DNA of 56,798 nt, the filler included, from Stramenopiles sp. TOSAG23-3 (taxonomy: Eukaryota), in assembly GCA_900128585.1 (NCBI GenBank). It is 6 parts of 6 records of this genome, joined end to end, with 100 filler letters (N's around TTAATTAATTAA, not from the genome) between each part and the next. Parts side by side here need not be neighbours in the genome. Positions count along the whole stretch, not along the records: positions 17,023 to 33,918 come from LT642471.1; positions 34,019 to 50,902 come from LT642472.1; 4 more parts are not named here. One strand, 5' to 3'. Made by a program: the position numbers and the translations under genes. Positions within the stretch are counted from its first letter, which is position 1, and every line of letters begins with the position of its first letter. The notes beneath the pieces are model-generated. The model did no database searches and had not been told where the DNA came from. It saw nothing but the letters and a program-made list of their open reading frames with translations. Of this stretch, positions 29,924-40,892 are shown in pieces.

Positions 29924-30649
29924 TTAAGCAAACAACGAAGATACCCCACTGTGTGCACGCAACTTTCTTTTCTGCGACAGCACTTTCTCCAGTGCATTCA
30001 AGTCTTCACGCAAACAGAGCGCCTTCATCCCGGGCGGTTCGACCGGGTTACTTTCCATCATGCAATCATCAAAGTCAGCGTCATCCGTGAACTTGTCGCA
30101 ATGGTTACAGAACAGTTTGAACGTCATTTGCTGGCATTTTGGTTGGAACGCTTCCAATTCGTTCAGTCGTTTCCTGTAGAACACTCGTTTTGCCACAGGA
30201 TGCATCCTTGCAAACCATCCTTCCATGGTCGCCCGTCGATTGCCGCATCTCGTACGACGACGATGCGCGCTTAGCCTTCGTGTTTGGGGCAATGTTCCTC
30301 CCTTCCCCAGGGCTTCCAAGAGCTCACGCACACAGAGCGCCCTCATCGCGGGCGTTTCAACCGGGTTACTACTCTCTGTCATGCAGTGATCAAAGTCAGC
30401 GTCATCCGTGAACTTGTCGCAATGGTTACAGAACAGTTTGAACGTCATTTGCTGGCATTTTGGCTGGAACGCTTCCAACTCGTTTATTCGTTTCCTGTAG
30501 AACACTCGTTTTGCCACAGGATGCATCCTTGCAAAAATTCCTTCCATGGTGACCTCCCGGTCGCTGCACCTGCCGGAGAGCGCAGAGGCGGTTCGGGCCC
30601 CCATTGTGGCAAACGCTAACAATACCAGTAGAGCGGTAAAGAATTTCAT
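29924..30649 (-). CDS. Secreted protein with two near-identical ~105-aa six-cysteine modules
   Basis: Signal peptide MKFFTALLVLLAFATMGA; duplicated FARMHPVAKRVFYRKR.NELEAFQPKCQQMTFKLFCNHCDKFTDDADFD.C; basic linker RRLSAHRRRTR. Confidence 0.85.
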   Translation of the reverse strand: MKFFTALLVLLAFATMGARTASALSGRCSDREVTMEGIFARMHPVAKRVFYRKRINELEAFQPKCQQMTFKLFCNHCDKFTDDADFDHCMTESSNPVETPAMRALCVRELLEALGKGGTLPQTRRLSAHRRRTRCGNRRATMEGWFARMHPVAKRVFYRKRLNELEAFQPKCQQMTFKLFCNHCDKFTDDADFDDCMMESNPVEPPGMKALCLREDLNALEKVLSQKRKLRAHSGVSSLFA

Positions 30650-31067
30650 CTGTTGCTCTTTTGTTGTGATTTGTGAATGTTTGATGTGTTAAAAAAAAAA
30701 GAAACTCTAAAATTCATCTGGCCGTAAAGAACTGTTTCTACTGTATGTATATAACTATATTTCAAATTTTTACATGCGAACGATCCATTAATTTTTTCTT
30801 ACTTATTAATTACAGCTTGTATTTTTGTGTGTGTTGTTTGTGTGTCCACAAAGGGTGTGCTGGTATTAATACTGGTACGTACACAGAAAAAAAAGTGCTG
30901 AAAAGAAAAAAAAAATGGAATTTTATTAAAGAATAATAATTAATAAAATATAGGTAAAAACAAGTACATTTATTAAGTATAAATAATATACTGTAATTAA
31001 TTACAGATAACGTTTGAAATCGGAACCAATGCGTTGGAGTGGTTTGTAAAATTTAATTCTCAATAGA

Positions 31068-31352
31068 TAAAAACAAGAAAAATTGGCTGTTATTTTATAG
31101 TAATTTTAAAAAACAAGAAAATTGGCTGTTGTTTAGGTAATTAAAATTAATGTACTGCGAACTGAACTCTAAATTTCGAACTTATCTTTGCTCTTGTAGT
31201 AATTAAAATTAAAAGAAAAAAGAAGGTGTCAGTTCAAGAACAATATCGATAAAAGCAAGAAAATTGGCTGTTATTTAAGTAAATATAATTTAGCTTCCTC
31301 ATACCCTACCAAGTAATAGATAACTTTTTAAAACAAGAAAATTGGATAACTT
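31068..31352. repeat. Second cluster of the same mosaic intergenic repeat modules
   Basis: AAAACAAGAAAATTGGCTGTT-type module four times; TGTACTGCGAACTGAACTCT; GAAGGTGTCAGTTCAAGAACAAT (also at 40861). Confidence 0.85.
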
Positions 31353-31525
31353 TTTTTTGCAAAGAAAGTGTTGGGTGTGGGCCTAAACCACCAATCATAC
31401 CTCTTTCTTATTAAACGTGCGTTTGGGTAATTTTATACGGGTTTAAGAAGCTGTAAATCTGTTTAAAAATTAAATGATCGTTCTGGGAAAATGTTCTGCT
31501 GCTGCTGTACTCTGATGTGAAGGAT

Positions 31526-33337
31526 TTACGATGAAAATTTCTGTTTCCATAGATTTCGTAGCCCCTTTGACCACTGCTGGTAATCCGGGTCCTCATGCTT
31601 CGTCAGTAGCGTAATAGTCTTGGCAATACCCGAATTCTTGATATCTTTGAGTGTGATGTCGTCTTTCTTCATGATCTCTTTCAGAATTTTTTTTACTTTC
31701 TTTTTTGGCCCATCCGGCGTGGCAGTGTATTTCAAGAGCCTTTTGTTGCATTCAGCGAAGAAGCTACTCTGACCGGCGGGCTTTGATTTATGTTTCTTCT
31801 TTTTCTTTTCCTTTTTCGACGCAGAATTTGAGCGGCGACGTTTCGACCCTTTCGAGGCATTCCCAGAGCCCGAAGGCTTCCTTTTCCTCGGAACGACAGA
31901 CAGTGGAGCCCATTCAGCCTCATCTTCGAGTTGCTGCCGGCTTTTCTTTACGGGTTTCTGTTCTTCCTCCATGTCTTCATCATCCTCATCGTCATCTTCG
32001 TCTTCTGATTCGACTTCCAACTTGTCGACTCGCTTCAACCCTTCGTCCACCACTGCTTCAGCCCGCGGCTCGTTTCCTTCTCCCGCTTCCTGATCGTTCT
32101 TAGCCAGGCCTTCCTGCTTTTGCAGCAATCGCTTTTGTCGTGCCTCTTTGACCAGTAATTTTCTCTCGTTGCGCCGGCGTCTTTCAGCCCTACGTTCCTC
32201 TGTGGTCAGGCCTGCGTACTTCTTTTTTGTCTTCTTTTTCTTCTTCTTCTTCTTTTTCTTCTTGGTCGCTGCAGCCTTCCTTTTCTTTGGCTCCCGATCC
32301 ATCGCATATTCTGGAAAAATACCTTTCTCTGCGAACTGTTTCTTGAAGAACGCGCTCGTCATACCGTACGCCCGCAGTTTTTTAACGCCCCGCTCTTCGC
32401 TGTTGGAGGACTTGTTCGCCGTAGCTTGGGGCTCGTCCTCCCCGCTACTGCTGCCCTCGCTTTCCGAATCGTTAGCCGAGGAACTCTCGGAATCGCTCTC
32501 GTCACTGCTGCTTTCGCTGGGAGGTTCGACGACTTTTTTCTTCGTAACTGCAGGCTTTTTGGGGGATTTACTCTTCTTCTCTTTCTTCGCTGGTGCCCAA
32601 TCGAACGATTCTAACCCCAGGTCCAACTCGCTATCGGTCTCCCCGTCGTCGTACAAAATTCGCACGATGGTGACGTTCTCCGCCGCGTCTTTCGAAGTGC
32701 CCGTTTTCGCGCCCGTGATTTCCCCAAGGAAACCTTCGCCGTCCTCGTCTTTAATATTCAAGCGTCGGCCGACAAGCTTGTCAACGGGCGGCAAACGCCG
32801 CCTCTTCTTCGTTTGTTTGGTAAGGTCTATGTGGAGTTGACGCAGCCGTTCTGTTTTCGGTTTGGCCCGCTCCCCACTCGCTTCTTCAATAGCGCGTTGA
32901 AAAAATCCCTGCTCTTTCGTGGACAACTTTTTCTTCCCCCCGTTCGTTTTCTCGAACTCGTCCTTGTTGGCGTCCCAGTCCACAATATTCTTCTTCGACA
33001 CACAGCTGTAGGACAGGGTGTTGCCGTACCCGAACCACATGCATATGTAAAAGTTTTCTCGTTTTGCCCCTTTCTTGCTCCAGGCGTTCAGGGATTTATT
33101 CTTCGGTGGCGCAAGCAACGGGTGGTACACGATGCACGGCCAATAAGGGTCCCTTGCCCCCAATTTGGCCCATTTGATCTCATCGAACCAGCTCATGTAC
33201 TCCTCGCTGAGACCTGCCAACAAACCATTTCCCTCAGGCTCGGCCCTCCCCTTCTTCTCCACGGCGGGAACGCTGGTGGCGTTCACAGGCGCCGCCCCCT
33301 CGTCCTGCCCGTCCGCTTTCGCCGCTTCTTCAGACAT
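31526..33337 (-). CDS. Chromatin reader: PWWP domain, Tudor-like domain, acidic/basic linkers, C-terminal TFIIS-N (LEDGF/IWS1-like) helical bundle
   Basis: WAKLGARDPYWPC (PWWP); LVGRRLNI..GEI..VRILYDDGE (Tudor); ITLKDIKNSGIAKTITLLTKH..LRNLWK (TFIIS-N). Confidence 0.82.
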   Translation of the reverse strand: MSEEAAKADGQDEGAAPVNATSVPAVEKKGRAEPEGNGLLAGLSEEYMSWFDEIKWAKLGARDPYWPCIVYHPLLAPPKNKSLNAWSKKGAKRENFYICMWFGYGNTLSYSCVSKKNIVDWDANKDEFEKTNGGKKKLSTKEQGFFQRAIEEASGERAKPKTERLRQLHIDLTKQTKKRRRLPPVDKLVGRRLNIKDEDGEGFLGEITGAKTGTSKDAAENVTIVRILYDDGETDSELDLGLESFDWAPAKKEKKSKSPKKPAVTKKKVVEPPSESSSDESDSESSSANDSESEGSSSGEDEPQATANKSSNSEERGVKKLRAYGMTSAFFKKQFAEKGIFPEYAMDREPKKRKAAATKKKKKKKKKKKTKKKYAGLTTEERRAERRRRNERKLLVKEARQKRLLQKQEGLAKNDQEAGEGNEPRAEAVVDEGLKRVDKLEVESEDEDDDEDDEDMEEEQKPVKKSRQQLEDEAEWAPLSVVPRKRKPSGSGNASKGSKRRRSNSASKKEKKKKKHKSKPAGQSSFFAECNKRLLKYTATPDGPKKKVKKILKEIMKKDDITLKDIKNSGIAKTITLLTKHEDPDYQQWSKGLRNLWKQKFSS

Positions 33338-33836
33338 TGTCGCAATGGTGTGTATGTAGTAGTAAACGGATAGTCGTACAACGTGTTTATTTTAACAAAC
33401 GTTAATTAAACAAACAGTTCCAAGTTCGCTTTTTGTTCCCGCGTTTGCTGTTGATGTTAGCTAATTATTGTAATGATGCAATAATGGAAATAAGGCCAAA
33501 GAGGCAATGGAGACATGATGATAAATAATGCAATTAATTATTTACCAAGTAGTAATTTCATCATCATTATTATTATTATTAATATTAATTATTTATTAAT
33601 AAATAATAATAAAAATAAAATAACAAACGAACATTGGATTCATTCTTCTTCCTATTCCATCGACGACGACCTTGATGTGATGATCTTGTTTAAAAAATAC
33701 TAAAATAATTACGAGGTAGAATACTACGTATACATTACAATAATAATGGACATAATAGTGTGTGTACAGTATGAAAAAAAAGAAAAAAGATATCTTTTGA
33801 TCTTTTCATCAGAATTTGCCACCACCACCACCAAAC

Positions 33837-33840
33837 TTCT

Positions 33841-33872
<32 letters not shown>

Positions 33873-33877
33873 TCGAC

Positions 33878-33913
<36 letters not shown>

Positions 33914-33915
33914 TC
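33837..33915. repeat. (CTTT)n microsatellite at contig end
   Basis: Directly visible. Confidence 0.93.
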
Positions 33916-33918
33916 GAC

Positions 33919-34018
33919 NNNNNNNNNNNNNNNNNNNNNNNNNNNNNNNNNNNNNNNNNNNNTTAATTAATTAANNNNNNNNNNNNNNNNNNNNNNNNNN
34001 NNNNNNNNNNNNNNNNNN
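33919..34018. other. Artificial contig linker
   Basis: TTAATTAATTAA at 33963-33974 within Ns. Confidence 0.97.
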
Positions 34019-35380
34019 CCGAAAGTGGAAGCAAACGTTGCGGGCAATAGAAACGAGGCTGGGGTGCCACCCACAGCAGCGGAAGAGGAGAAGGAGAAAA
34101 TCGTTGAAGAGACCCTTGAAGCAGTTGACAAAATGCTCGAGGAAGCAAAGCGTAAAACCTCTGATCGGAAGCAATCGGGCAAAGCGTCCTACTCCAACCA
34201 AATGTACTTGCCGACCTTCTCGTTGACCCCATCAAAACCTAAACGGGTGCTCCTTCCCGATGGCAGAAAGTACAGATCCCGGAACGAGTTGTCTCCCCAG
34301 AAACAGCGAGAAAAGTCCAGAAAGCAGGAACGACGGCGAGTCTACAGTCCCCAAAAGGTGCAAGAGAAAATTACGTGGAACCGTGCTCCCGATGTAGCCC
34401 CCGTCCACGCCCCGATATCGTTGCATCTGAAGGATAACGCAATGCTAGAGGCAATTGAGGCCGACAATTCCAGGTACGCGTTTACAAAAATGCAGAAAAA
34501 TAGAGCAAACAAGGTCACTGGGTTGTACCGCAACTCGAAGAATCGGAGCGTTGCGTCAAAGGGAAGCAGGGCGTTTGCCAAAGGTGACGGCGGTTCCCCA
34601 ATACCGCCCTTGTTGGCGGGAGCCAACCGACACTATGGCGTAAAGCCCTCGAGACCAAAGAGGGGCGGGCGGCCTAAAAAGTTTAAAAATGGGAGCAGGC
34701 AGCTGAAGGAGATGGACGAGTTTGACCAGCTGGTGAGGGAGGCCTCGGAACGGCCCGTGGCCTCTGCGCCGCTGTCCCCGCAGCAATGGAACGCTCTTCA
34801 AATAGAAATGAAGGCTCGACGGATGGAAATCGAAGCCGAAATGAAAGGTATGCGGGCAAAGGCCGTCATTGAACAGGCAAAATTGAAGCGCCTCTTTGAG
34901 ACTGGTAGTAACATTATGCCACGCAACAGCAAACTGGACCAAGAGATCTTTAAGACCGTACAAATGTACGAAGTAAAGGCGAAAGAAGCGGAACGAAAGC
35001 AACAGAAGGCCCGACGAGCAGCGCGCAAGGCGCACTTCGAATGGCTGCTGTCTATTAACGACAACGCGCAAACCGGGATAGATAACACATTGAGCGAAGA
35101 AGTAGAAGAGGCCCTCGTAGAAGCGAGTTCGGTAGAAAGGAAGCAGTTCTTGGCGGAGAAACGTCGAAGGGAAAGGAATCAGCGGCATGATTTGATAGCG
35201 CAGTATCGAGAACGAGAGCAGGTTTTGTTCAAATCGAACAAGGGCCGCCCGCGTCGACCCAGTGCACGGGAAGAGTACGAGGCGGAGCTGGCCAAGCGCA
35301 AACGATTGCTTCAGAATAAACTGAAGAAGGCCCGGGAAAAGCGGGAAAATTCCGGAGAGCCCATATTAGTAAACATTTAA
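34019..35380 (+). CDS. Uncharacterised basic protein with coiled-coil C-terminal half, 5' truncated
   Basis: 451-codon open frame from the contig start, with coding-like GC content; no recognisable domain. Confidence 0.7.
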   Translation, partial: PKVEANVAGNRNEAGVPPTAAEEEKEKIVEETLEAVDKMLEEAKRKTSDRKQSGKASYSNQMYLPTFSLTPSKPKRVLLPDGRKYRSRNELSPQKQREKSRKQERRRVYSPQKVQEKITWNRAPDVAPVHAPISLHLKDNAMLEAIEADNSRYAFTKMQKNRANKVTGLYRNSKNRSVASKGSRAFAKGDGGSPIPPLLAGANRHYGVKPSRPKRGGRPKKFKNGSRQLKEMDEFDQLVREASERPVASAPLSPQQWNALQIEMKARRMEIEAEMKGMRAKAVIEQAKLKRLFETGSNIMPRNSKLDQEIFKTVQMYEVKAKEAERKQQKARRAARKAHFEWLLSINDNAQTGIDNTLSEEVEEALVEASSVERKQFLAEKRRRERNQRHDLIAQYREREQVLFKSNKGRPRRPSAREEYEAELAKRKRLLQNKLKKAREKRENSGEPILVNI

Positions 35381-35636
35381 AATTATTACTTAAATAACAG
35401 CCAATTTTCTTGATTTTATAATTTATTTTTTTTTACATAACACTATATTTTTGAAATATCGGACTTAAAAAAACAAACACAGCTAAAATTTGGAATTTTT
35501 TACTTAAAAATAACAGCCAGTTTTTATTTTTCAAAAACACACTCTCAGTGTTAATATATATAAATACTTTTTTTGTCTGAACTAAGTAGGGGCATTCATT
35601 TAAATGTGTCCAGCAGATTTCCTCTCTTTTCCTTTT

Positions 35637-36905
35637 TTACTTTCTTCTGCCGAATAACCGTTGTGCGGCAGATTCGTACTTTTTGCACTCTTTAAAATCA
35701 GTGTAATGTTCTTTCAGGTACAATGCAGTGCCTTTGGCTTTCTGGTATCGCTCTTTGCTGATGGGGTGGGAAGCAAACAAGGCAGCAGTTTCGCCTTCCT
35801 CATGCCCTACCGATTTATAGAACGCGTACATATTTTTAAACATGTTTATTGATTGAGGAAGGTCGCAGCAGGCTTCTGCGCAAATAGTGAGTCCCATGTG
35901 GTCTGCCTCCAACTCCCTCTCCCTAGAGCCTGACATGATCAGTGCCTCACCAATATAGGGGCTTATAATTTCAAACAAGAAGCCACCCAACCCACCCGTC
36001 GGATCCAGCATGGCGACAAGAAGCACAAACGCTCCCTTAATTATTGCATCGTTTATAAAACCATCACGGGTATGTCCGAGCAAGTAATGCGACAGCTCGT
36101 GTCCCATTACAAGGGACAGTTCGTCTTCGGTGTGCGTGCAGTGGCGCAAGAGGCCTTGGGTGATAAAAACATGGCGAGGCAGGTTTCCGGTTACAAACGC
36201 ATTTACTTGTGGGCTTTGTAAGAGAGTGAGAGTCCACGGCCGTTTCAACTCATCCCTCTTATGCAGAGCGTCGCGATACTTCATTAAAGCCTCTTCCAGC
36301 TGTCCCTGTGTTGGCCCTTCCCCGCCGGGACTCTTTAAGGCTTTCACAATGCTGGCATAATTCTTCTCCGCCTCCACCAATCTCTTTTCCATTAGAAGCA
36401 GTGCACCGTGCTTAACGCGATTAAACACCCGCTGTGTTTTCATAGCCCCATTCCACAAGTCTTGGTCCTGGTTCGTTTTTAGGCGGCGGCTGCGCCACGG
36501 CTGAAGCGTGGTGGCCGTTGGTTCGATATCGTACACAAACCCCCTCGGGCTGTTTTGTGCAATGGAGAGGTTTATGAGGTTGTCGTTGTCGTGGAACGAA
36601 AGAAACGTCCTCGTGTCGGCCAGAAGACTTCGAAACGTAGTTTCTACGTACAACTGGTAATCGTCCAGGAGTTTGGCCTGCCCGTAGCCGAAGCAACAGG
36701 CCCCAAAGCCAGCGAGCAAAAACCCTGTCCTGGCAAACCGAAACACGAACCTCGCCCCTTTAAAAGTTTTTCTATCCTTTAACTTTGGTTTTGCGACGGT
36801 CGTAAACCGAGGAAAGGCCAACCGGGAATTCAAGCGTGACGCGCCCAGGCGAGCCTGTGGCATGCACAGGCACACGCTGCTGCGGCCGACCAAAGTGGAA
36901 AACAT
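35637..36905 (-). CDS. Peptidase M48 family metalloprotease (OMA1-like), probably mitochondrial
   Basis: VNAFV, GHELSH (HExxH), ELEADHMG and FASHP motifs; Arg/Ser-rich N-terminus from ATG 36905 resembling a transit peptide. Confidence 0.88.
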   Translation of the reverse strand: MFSTLVGRSSVCLCMPQARLGASRLNSRLAFPRFTTVAKPKLKDRKTFKGARFVFRFARTGFLLAGFGACCFGYGQAKLLDDYQLYVETTFRSLLADTRTFLSFHDNDNLINLSIAQNSPRGFVYDIEPTATTLQPWRSRRLKTNQDQDLWNGAMKTQRVFNRVKHGALLLMEKRLVEAEKNYASIVKALKSPGGEGPTQGQLEEALMKYRDALHKRDELKRPWTLTLLQSPQVNAFVTGNLPRHVFITQGLLRHCTHTEDELSLVMGHELSHYLLGHTRDGFINDAIIKGAFVLLVAMLDPTGGLGGFLFEIISPYIGEALIMSGSRERELEADHMGLTICAEACCDLPQSINMFKNMYAFYKSVGHEEGETAALFASHPISKERYQKAKGTALYLKEHYTDFKECKKYESAAQRLFGRRK

Positions 36906-37303
36906 GTTTGGTATGGTTAGGAATATCAGCAGCGACCGGCGTTGGGGGGTATGTGACCAGTGAAAATGATTAATTATACACTTGTCCCTCGTTCGACTTG
37001 GACTTTTCTTCCTTTTCTTGTATACTTCAATCAACGAATAACTTTTTGGTTATTTCTTGTAGATACCAATCAGGACAACAACACAACAACAACTTCAATC
37101 ACTTGGACAACTACTATTTATTACCACTTGGATGATTACAATAATCCATTCCACGTATAATGTAATACGAGGACTAGTAGTTATATTATACATGTAGATA
37201 GTAGGTAATAATCTAAACTATTTGCCAATTAATTTTAATTAATTTTTTATCCGAATACTCGTACTTCTTCTTATTTCTTCTTCTTCGGCTCTTCCTTCTC
37301 TTT

Positions 37304-37423
37304 CTCTTCTTGTTCTTTCAAGTTGCCTGTTGCCTCTTACTTTCTTCCTTCTCTTTCTCTTCTTCTTCTTTCAAGTTGCCTGTTGCCTCTTACTTTCTTC
37401 CTTCTTTTCTCTTCTCTTCTTTC
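37304..37423. repeat. Short pyrimidine-rich tandem duplication (about 55 nt x2)
   Basis: TCTTTCAAGTTGCCTGTTGCCTCTTACTTTCTTCCTTC occurs twice. Confidence 0.85.
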
Positions 37424-38273
37424 AAAATGGACTGTACTGTATTCGCTATAGTGTCTACTCGTATCATATTTTTTGTTTTTTTTCGATTTATTTATTATTA
37501 GAAGACTGTAGCCAGCCTCGTATTAATTAATATCGACACACTTCGTATTTAGACTAATCTCCTCCTGTGAAGCGATTGAGAGAAATTTTAAAATAGACTA
37601 ATAATAATAAAAAAAAAGAAGAAAAAGAAATTTCTGTTTTCTTTTCCTGCTGCTTTCTTCACCGGTTTGGTTTGGGATAAAAATAAAAAGAAGAAGAAGA
37701 AAAAAGAAAGAAAAAAAAAAGAAAAAGAAAAAAAAAGGAAGAAGAATTTCTTCTTCTTTTTCTATAAAAATAAAATATATATAATTTTTTTTTTGTGGTG
37801 GTTGTAATTTGATAGTATAATTAACAAAATAAAAGTACGATATATAATTTAAAGTATAATTATTGTTTTACACAATGAATGCTGTATCCTGTATTTATCG
37901 CCCACAGCATAGAATAATAATAATAATTCAGGAAGAAGAAGAAGAGGGAGGATGATAAAATTAAAATAATTTAACACCACACAAAGCACACCACCGCGCG
38001 ATGGAAACAGATGATTTCTTCGGGAAAATAACAGAACGAATTTTGAATATAATCATCCAAAGTATGAAGATTAAGTTTAAATTGAAATGCAATGGACAGC
38101 CATTCGATCGCTTTTTACAAGATTGTTGTGTTCTAGAAAGAAAGAAAAACATTTTTCTTTACTCTATTTAGTGTGTATTCGTTTGCATTAATAATTGTTG
38201 TTCAGTTCCCGCCGCTCTTCTGGTTTGCATTCTGAGTTTCAAGTAGATCCGACCACCCGCCCGTCACTTACCA

Positions 38274-39678
38274 ATGCATCTCTCTGCCGAACAAGAGGCG
38301 GCGCTGGCCCCTTGGGTGTACGAAACCGTGCAACGTTACAGCGAAGACCCGGAAACGCTGAGGGATTTCATCGTCAGTACGATAAAGGGCGCAGAAGTCG
38401 ACGACATAAATGCGTTCTTGAAGCTGGAGTTGGCGGATTTTATTGACGACGAAACCCCAAAGTTTGTGGACGACTTGTGCCGACTATTTTTGACCAAACG
38501 CTCGGTCGAGGAAAAGAAAAGCAAGACCGTCATCAGCTTTGACGCCAGCAGCTCCGACGAGGAGAGGGGTGCTGGTGCCGCCAGCGGCGGAAACGATGGC
38601 TTCAGGCCCCAGCCTCCTAGCACCCAAAACCAAGAAAGCACCCAGCCTGCGAGCTCCAACCCGTTCCAAACGGCCACGCCGGCAAACCCGTTCGTGTCAA
38701 ACAACAACGCTTCTTCGGGGGGGGCAAGCGCCGAAGCGATGGGTCGACGATGTCCCGGACCGCTCGTCACGGCACCACGAAAGCAACAAGCGGTCGCGCA
38801 ACCGGTGGGAGGAAGAAGATGGGGGCGAAGGGGGAAACGGGAGGAACGTTCGCCCTCGAAACGACAGGGGTGACCGTAAACGGCAGCACCAAGACAGGGA
38901 CATCATCAAAGACGTGCGCGGCGTCGTCACCGTTGCGAAGCGAAAGGAGAAAGGAGCCGCTCATGGCCCCTTCGCGTGGACGAGCACGTTTCTGTCAACA
39001 TCACGCGCAAGCCTGTGAAAAAGGGGCGACACAATGCCGTGTACGTAGAAGTCGTCCAGGGGCCGTCGAACGACCGGAACGGCCCGGGTGGTCGCGACCA
39101 AGCAGAGGGCGGGAACGCAGCGTTTGGGCGCCAGCACCCTGCGTTCAACGTGGCCAGGCGGGGTCGTGGGGGGCGTGGACGGGGCCGTGGGGGGCGTGGG
39201 CGAGGGCAAGGGTTCTCTTCCGGTAGTTTTCGAGGCGGGCGGGGAAATTTTGGGCAGCACCGAGCCGACGCACAGAGAAGCGGAAACCGGTCCCTCGTGG
39301 CGGGCCAGCAAGACGGCACGCCGGAGGGCGGCGTTGAAGGCCCTGCTGCCGGCGAGAACGGGACGGCCAAGGGGGAGGATGGACAGGGTGGCGAGGCCAA
39401 AGAAGACGTTTGCAGTTACGGACACAGCGAAGTTGCTAGAAGAACGCAAAAAGCAAAGGCGCGCCTTGCTGCAGAAGCAAAGGGAGATTTACTCCCAGAA
39501 AACGGCGATGCTGAAGAAACAGATGACTCAATACCGAGCAATGCTGAAGACTGTGCAGGCGAAAGAGAACGGGGGCGGGGCGATGGAGATAACTTTGATG
39601 ACGAAAATCACAAAGCTAGCGTCCGACGTGAAAGACGCAGAGGCGAAAATTGGGGAAGCTGAGAAGGGGCTGAATTGA
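38274..39678 (+). CDS. PWI-domain RNA-processing protein (RBM26/27-like) with RGG box and C-terminal coiled coil; three apparent frameshifts
   Basis: PWI (LAPWV..DPETLRDFI..LADFIDDETPKFVDDL) in 38274-38873. Protein-like sequence continues in ORFs 38539-39018, 38976-39662 (RGG repeats) and 39088-39678 (coiled coil). Confidence 0.65.
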
Positions 39679-39859
39679 GGGAGTACATGGTGCTTACTGG
39701 CCGAGTTCTTACCAAGCATCTCCTGCGCTGGTATACGCTCACACTGCGCACTGATGTTAAAATTTATGTTTCCTTCATAAAAATTACTGTGCATAAAAGA
39801 AATTGCCTCTCTCCACAATCTTATATATATACGCGTTGGTCTCTCTCTCATGGCCGGTT

Positions 39860-40393
39860 TTACACCTCTCTCCAATGCTTGTCCACTTCGCCAGTGCCCT
39901 CGTCCGCGCCATGACTGGAGTGGCTCTCGCTTTCCCCTGCATCTTCCCCTGCCTTGTTATCGTCTTCCCCGTCTTCCCCCACTGGCTTGCTATCGCCTTC
40001 CAGCCCATCCTTACTGCCGTCTTCCCCCGCCTTGCTGGCCTTCTTTCGCTTCTTGACCTTGCCGACAAAACACGCGTCCAACAAACTTAGACTGACGTAT
40101 TTGTGGTACCTATCGTAAAGCTTGGTGGCGTCTTTCCCCAGCACTGGCATCATGATTTCGTCTCCCCCTGGGTGGTACGGTAAGTACGGTGTCACATTAT
40201 ATACATTTTCACGAACGATGATCCAGCCATCAAACCTAGTGTTGTGCGTTTTAATCTCTGCCTTTGTCCAACCATCCTCCGGTATCGGCTTGCCTTGCAA
40301 TCCGTTCAGTTTGGTCGCTTTGCTGCACAACAAAGACCAGTCCTGAAGGGCAAACCCAGGCTTCAACTTAATTTTCTTCGTCCGAAGCGCCAT
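39860..40393 (-). CDS. Cytochrome b5-like heme/steroid-binding domain protein (CYB5R4 N-terminal/Irc21-like)
   Basis: KPGFALQDW, EIKTHNTRFDGWI, VYNVTPYLPYHPGG and GKDATKLYDRYH motifs. Confidence 0.9.
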   Translation of the reverse strand: MALRTKKIKLKPGFALQDWSLLCSKATKLNGLQGKPIPEDGWTKAEIKTHNTRFDGWIIVRENVYNVTPYLPYHPGGDEIMMPVLGKDATKLYDRYHKYVSLSLLDACFVGKVKKRKKASKAGEDGSKDGLEGDSKPVGEDGEDDNKAGEDAGESESHSSHGADEGTGEVDKHWREV

Positions 40394-40892
40394 TTCTTAA
40401 ACTCTACAAATGGGACCAGAAAATAACCAGAAACAAACGTCTTCCTTTTCTTGTGTGTCAATTTATAGATAATGGACCATTCAAATTATAAAGTCGTGCA
40501 TTCGTCATAGCACATTTCCTTTTAATTCCCACTTTTTTTTATTTGTTTTGAATTAAATTTAATTCAAGTCTTGTTGTTCTTGTGATAAAACATGATGAAG
40601 ATGATCGATAATGGATGATTTAGAAGAAGAAGAAAGAAGAAGAAGAAGAAGAATGAAGAATGAATGAATGGAATGATAAAAAAATAGTCTTTTTTTCTTC
40701 CTGATGAAGAAGAAGAAGAATTTTTTTTCTTCTTCTCGCTGTTCTCCTCCCCATAGGCCATAGGCTCCTCCCGATTCATTCTCTTCTTTGTTGATGACAT
40801 CAAAAACAAGAAAAATGTGGCTGTTGTTATTTTTTATAGTAATTAAAATTAAGAAAAAAAGAAGGTGTCAGTTCAAGAACAATGTCTCCTCC

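Noticed and set aside
30095-30430. c-type cytochrome heme motif in the secreted protein
   Set aside because: The motif is CNHCD, not CxxCH.
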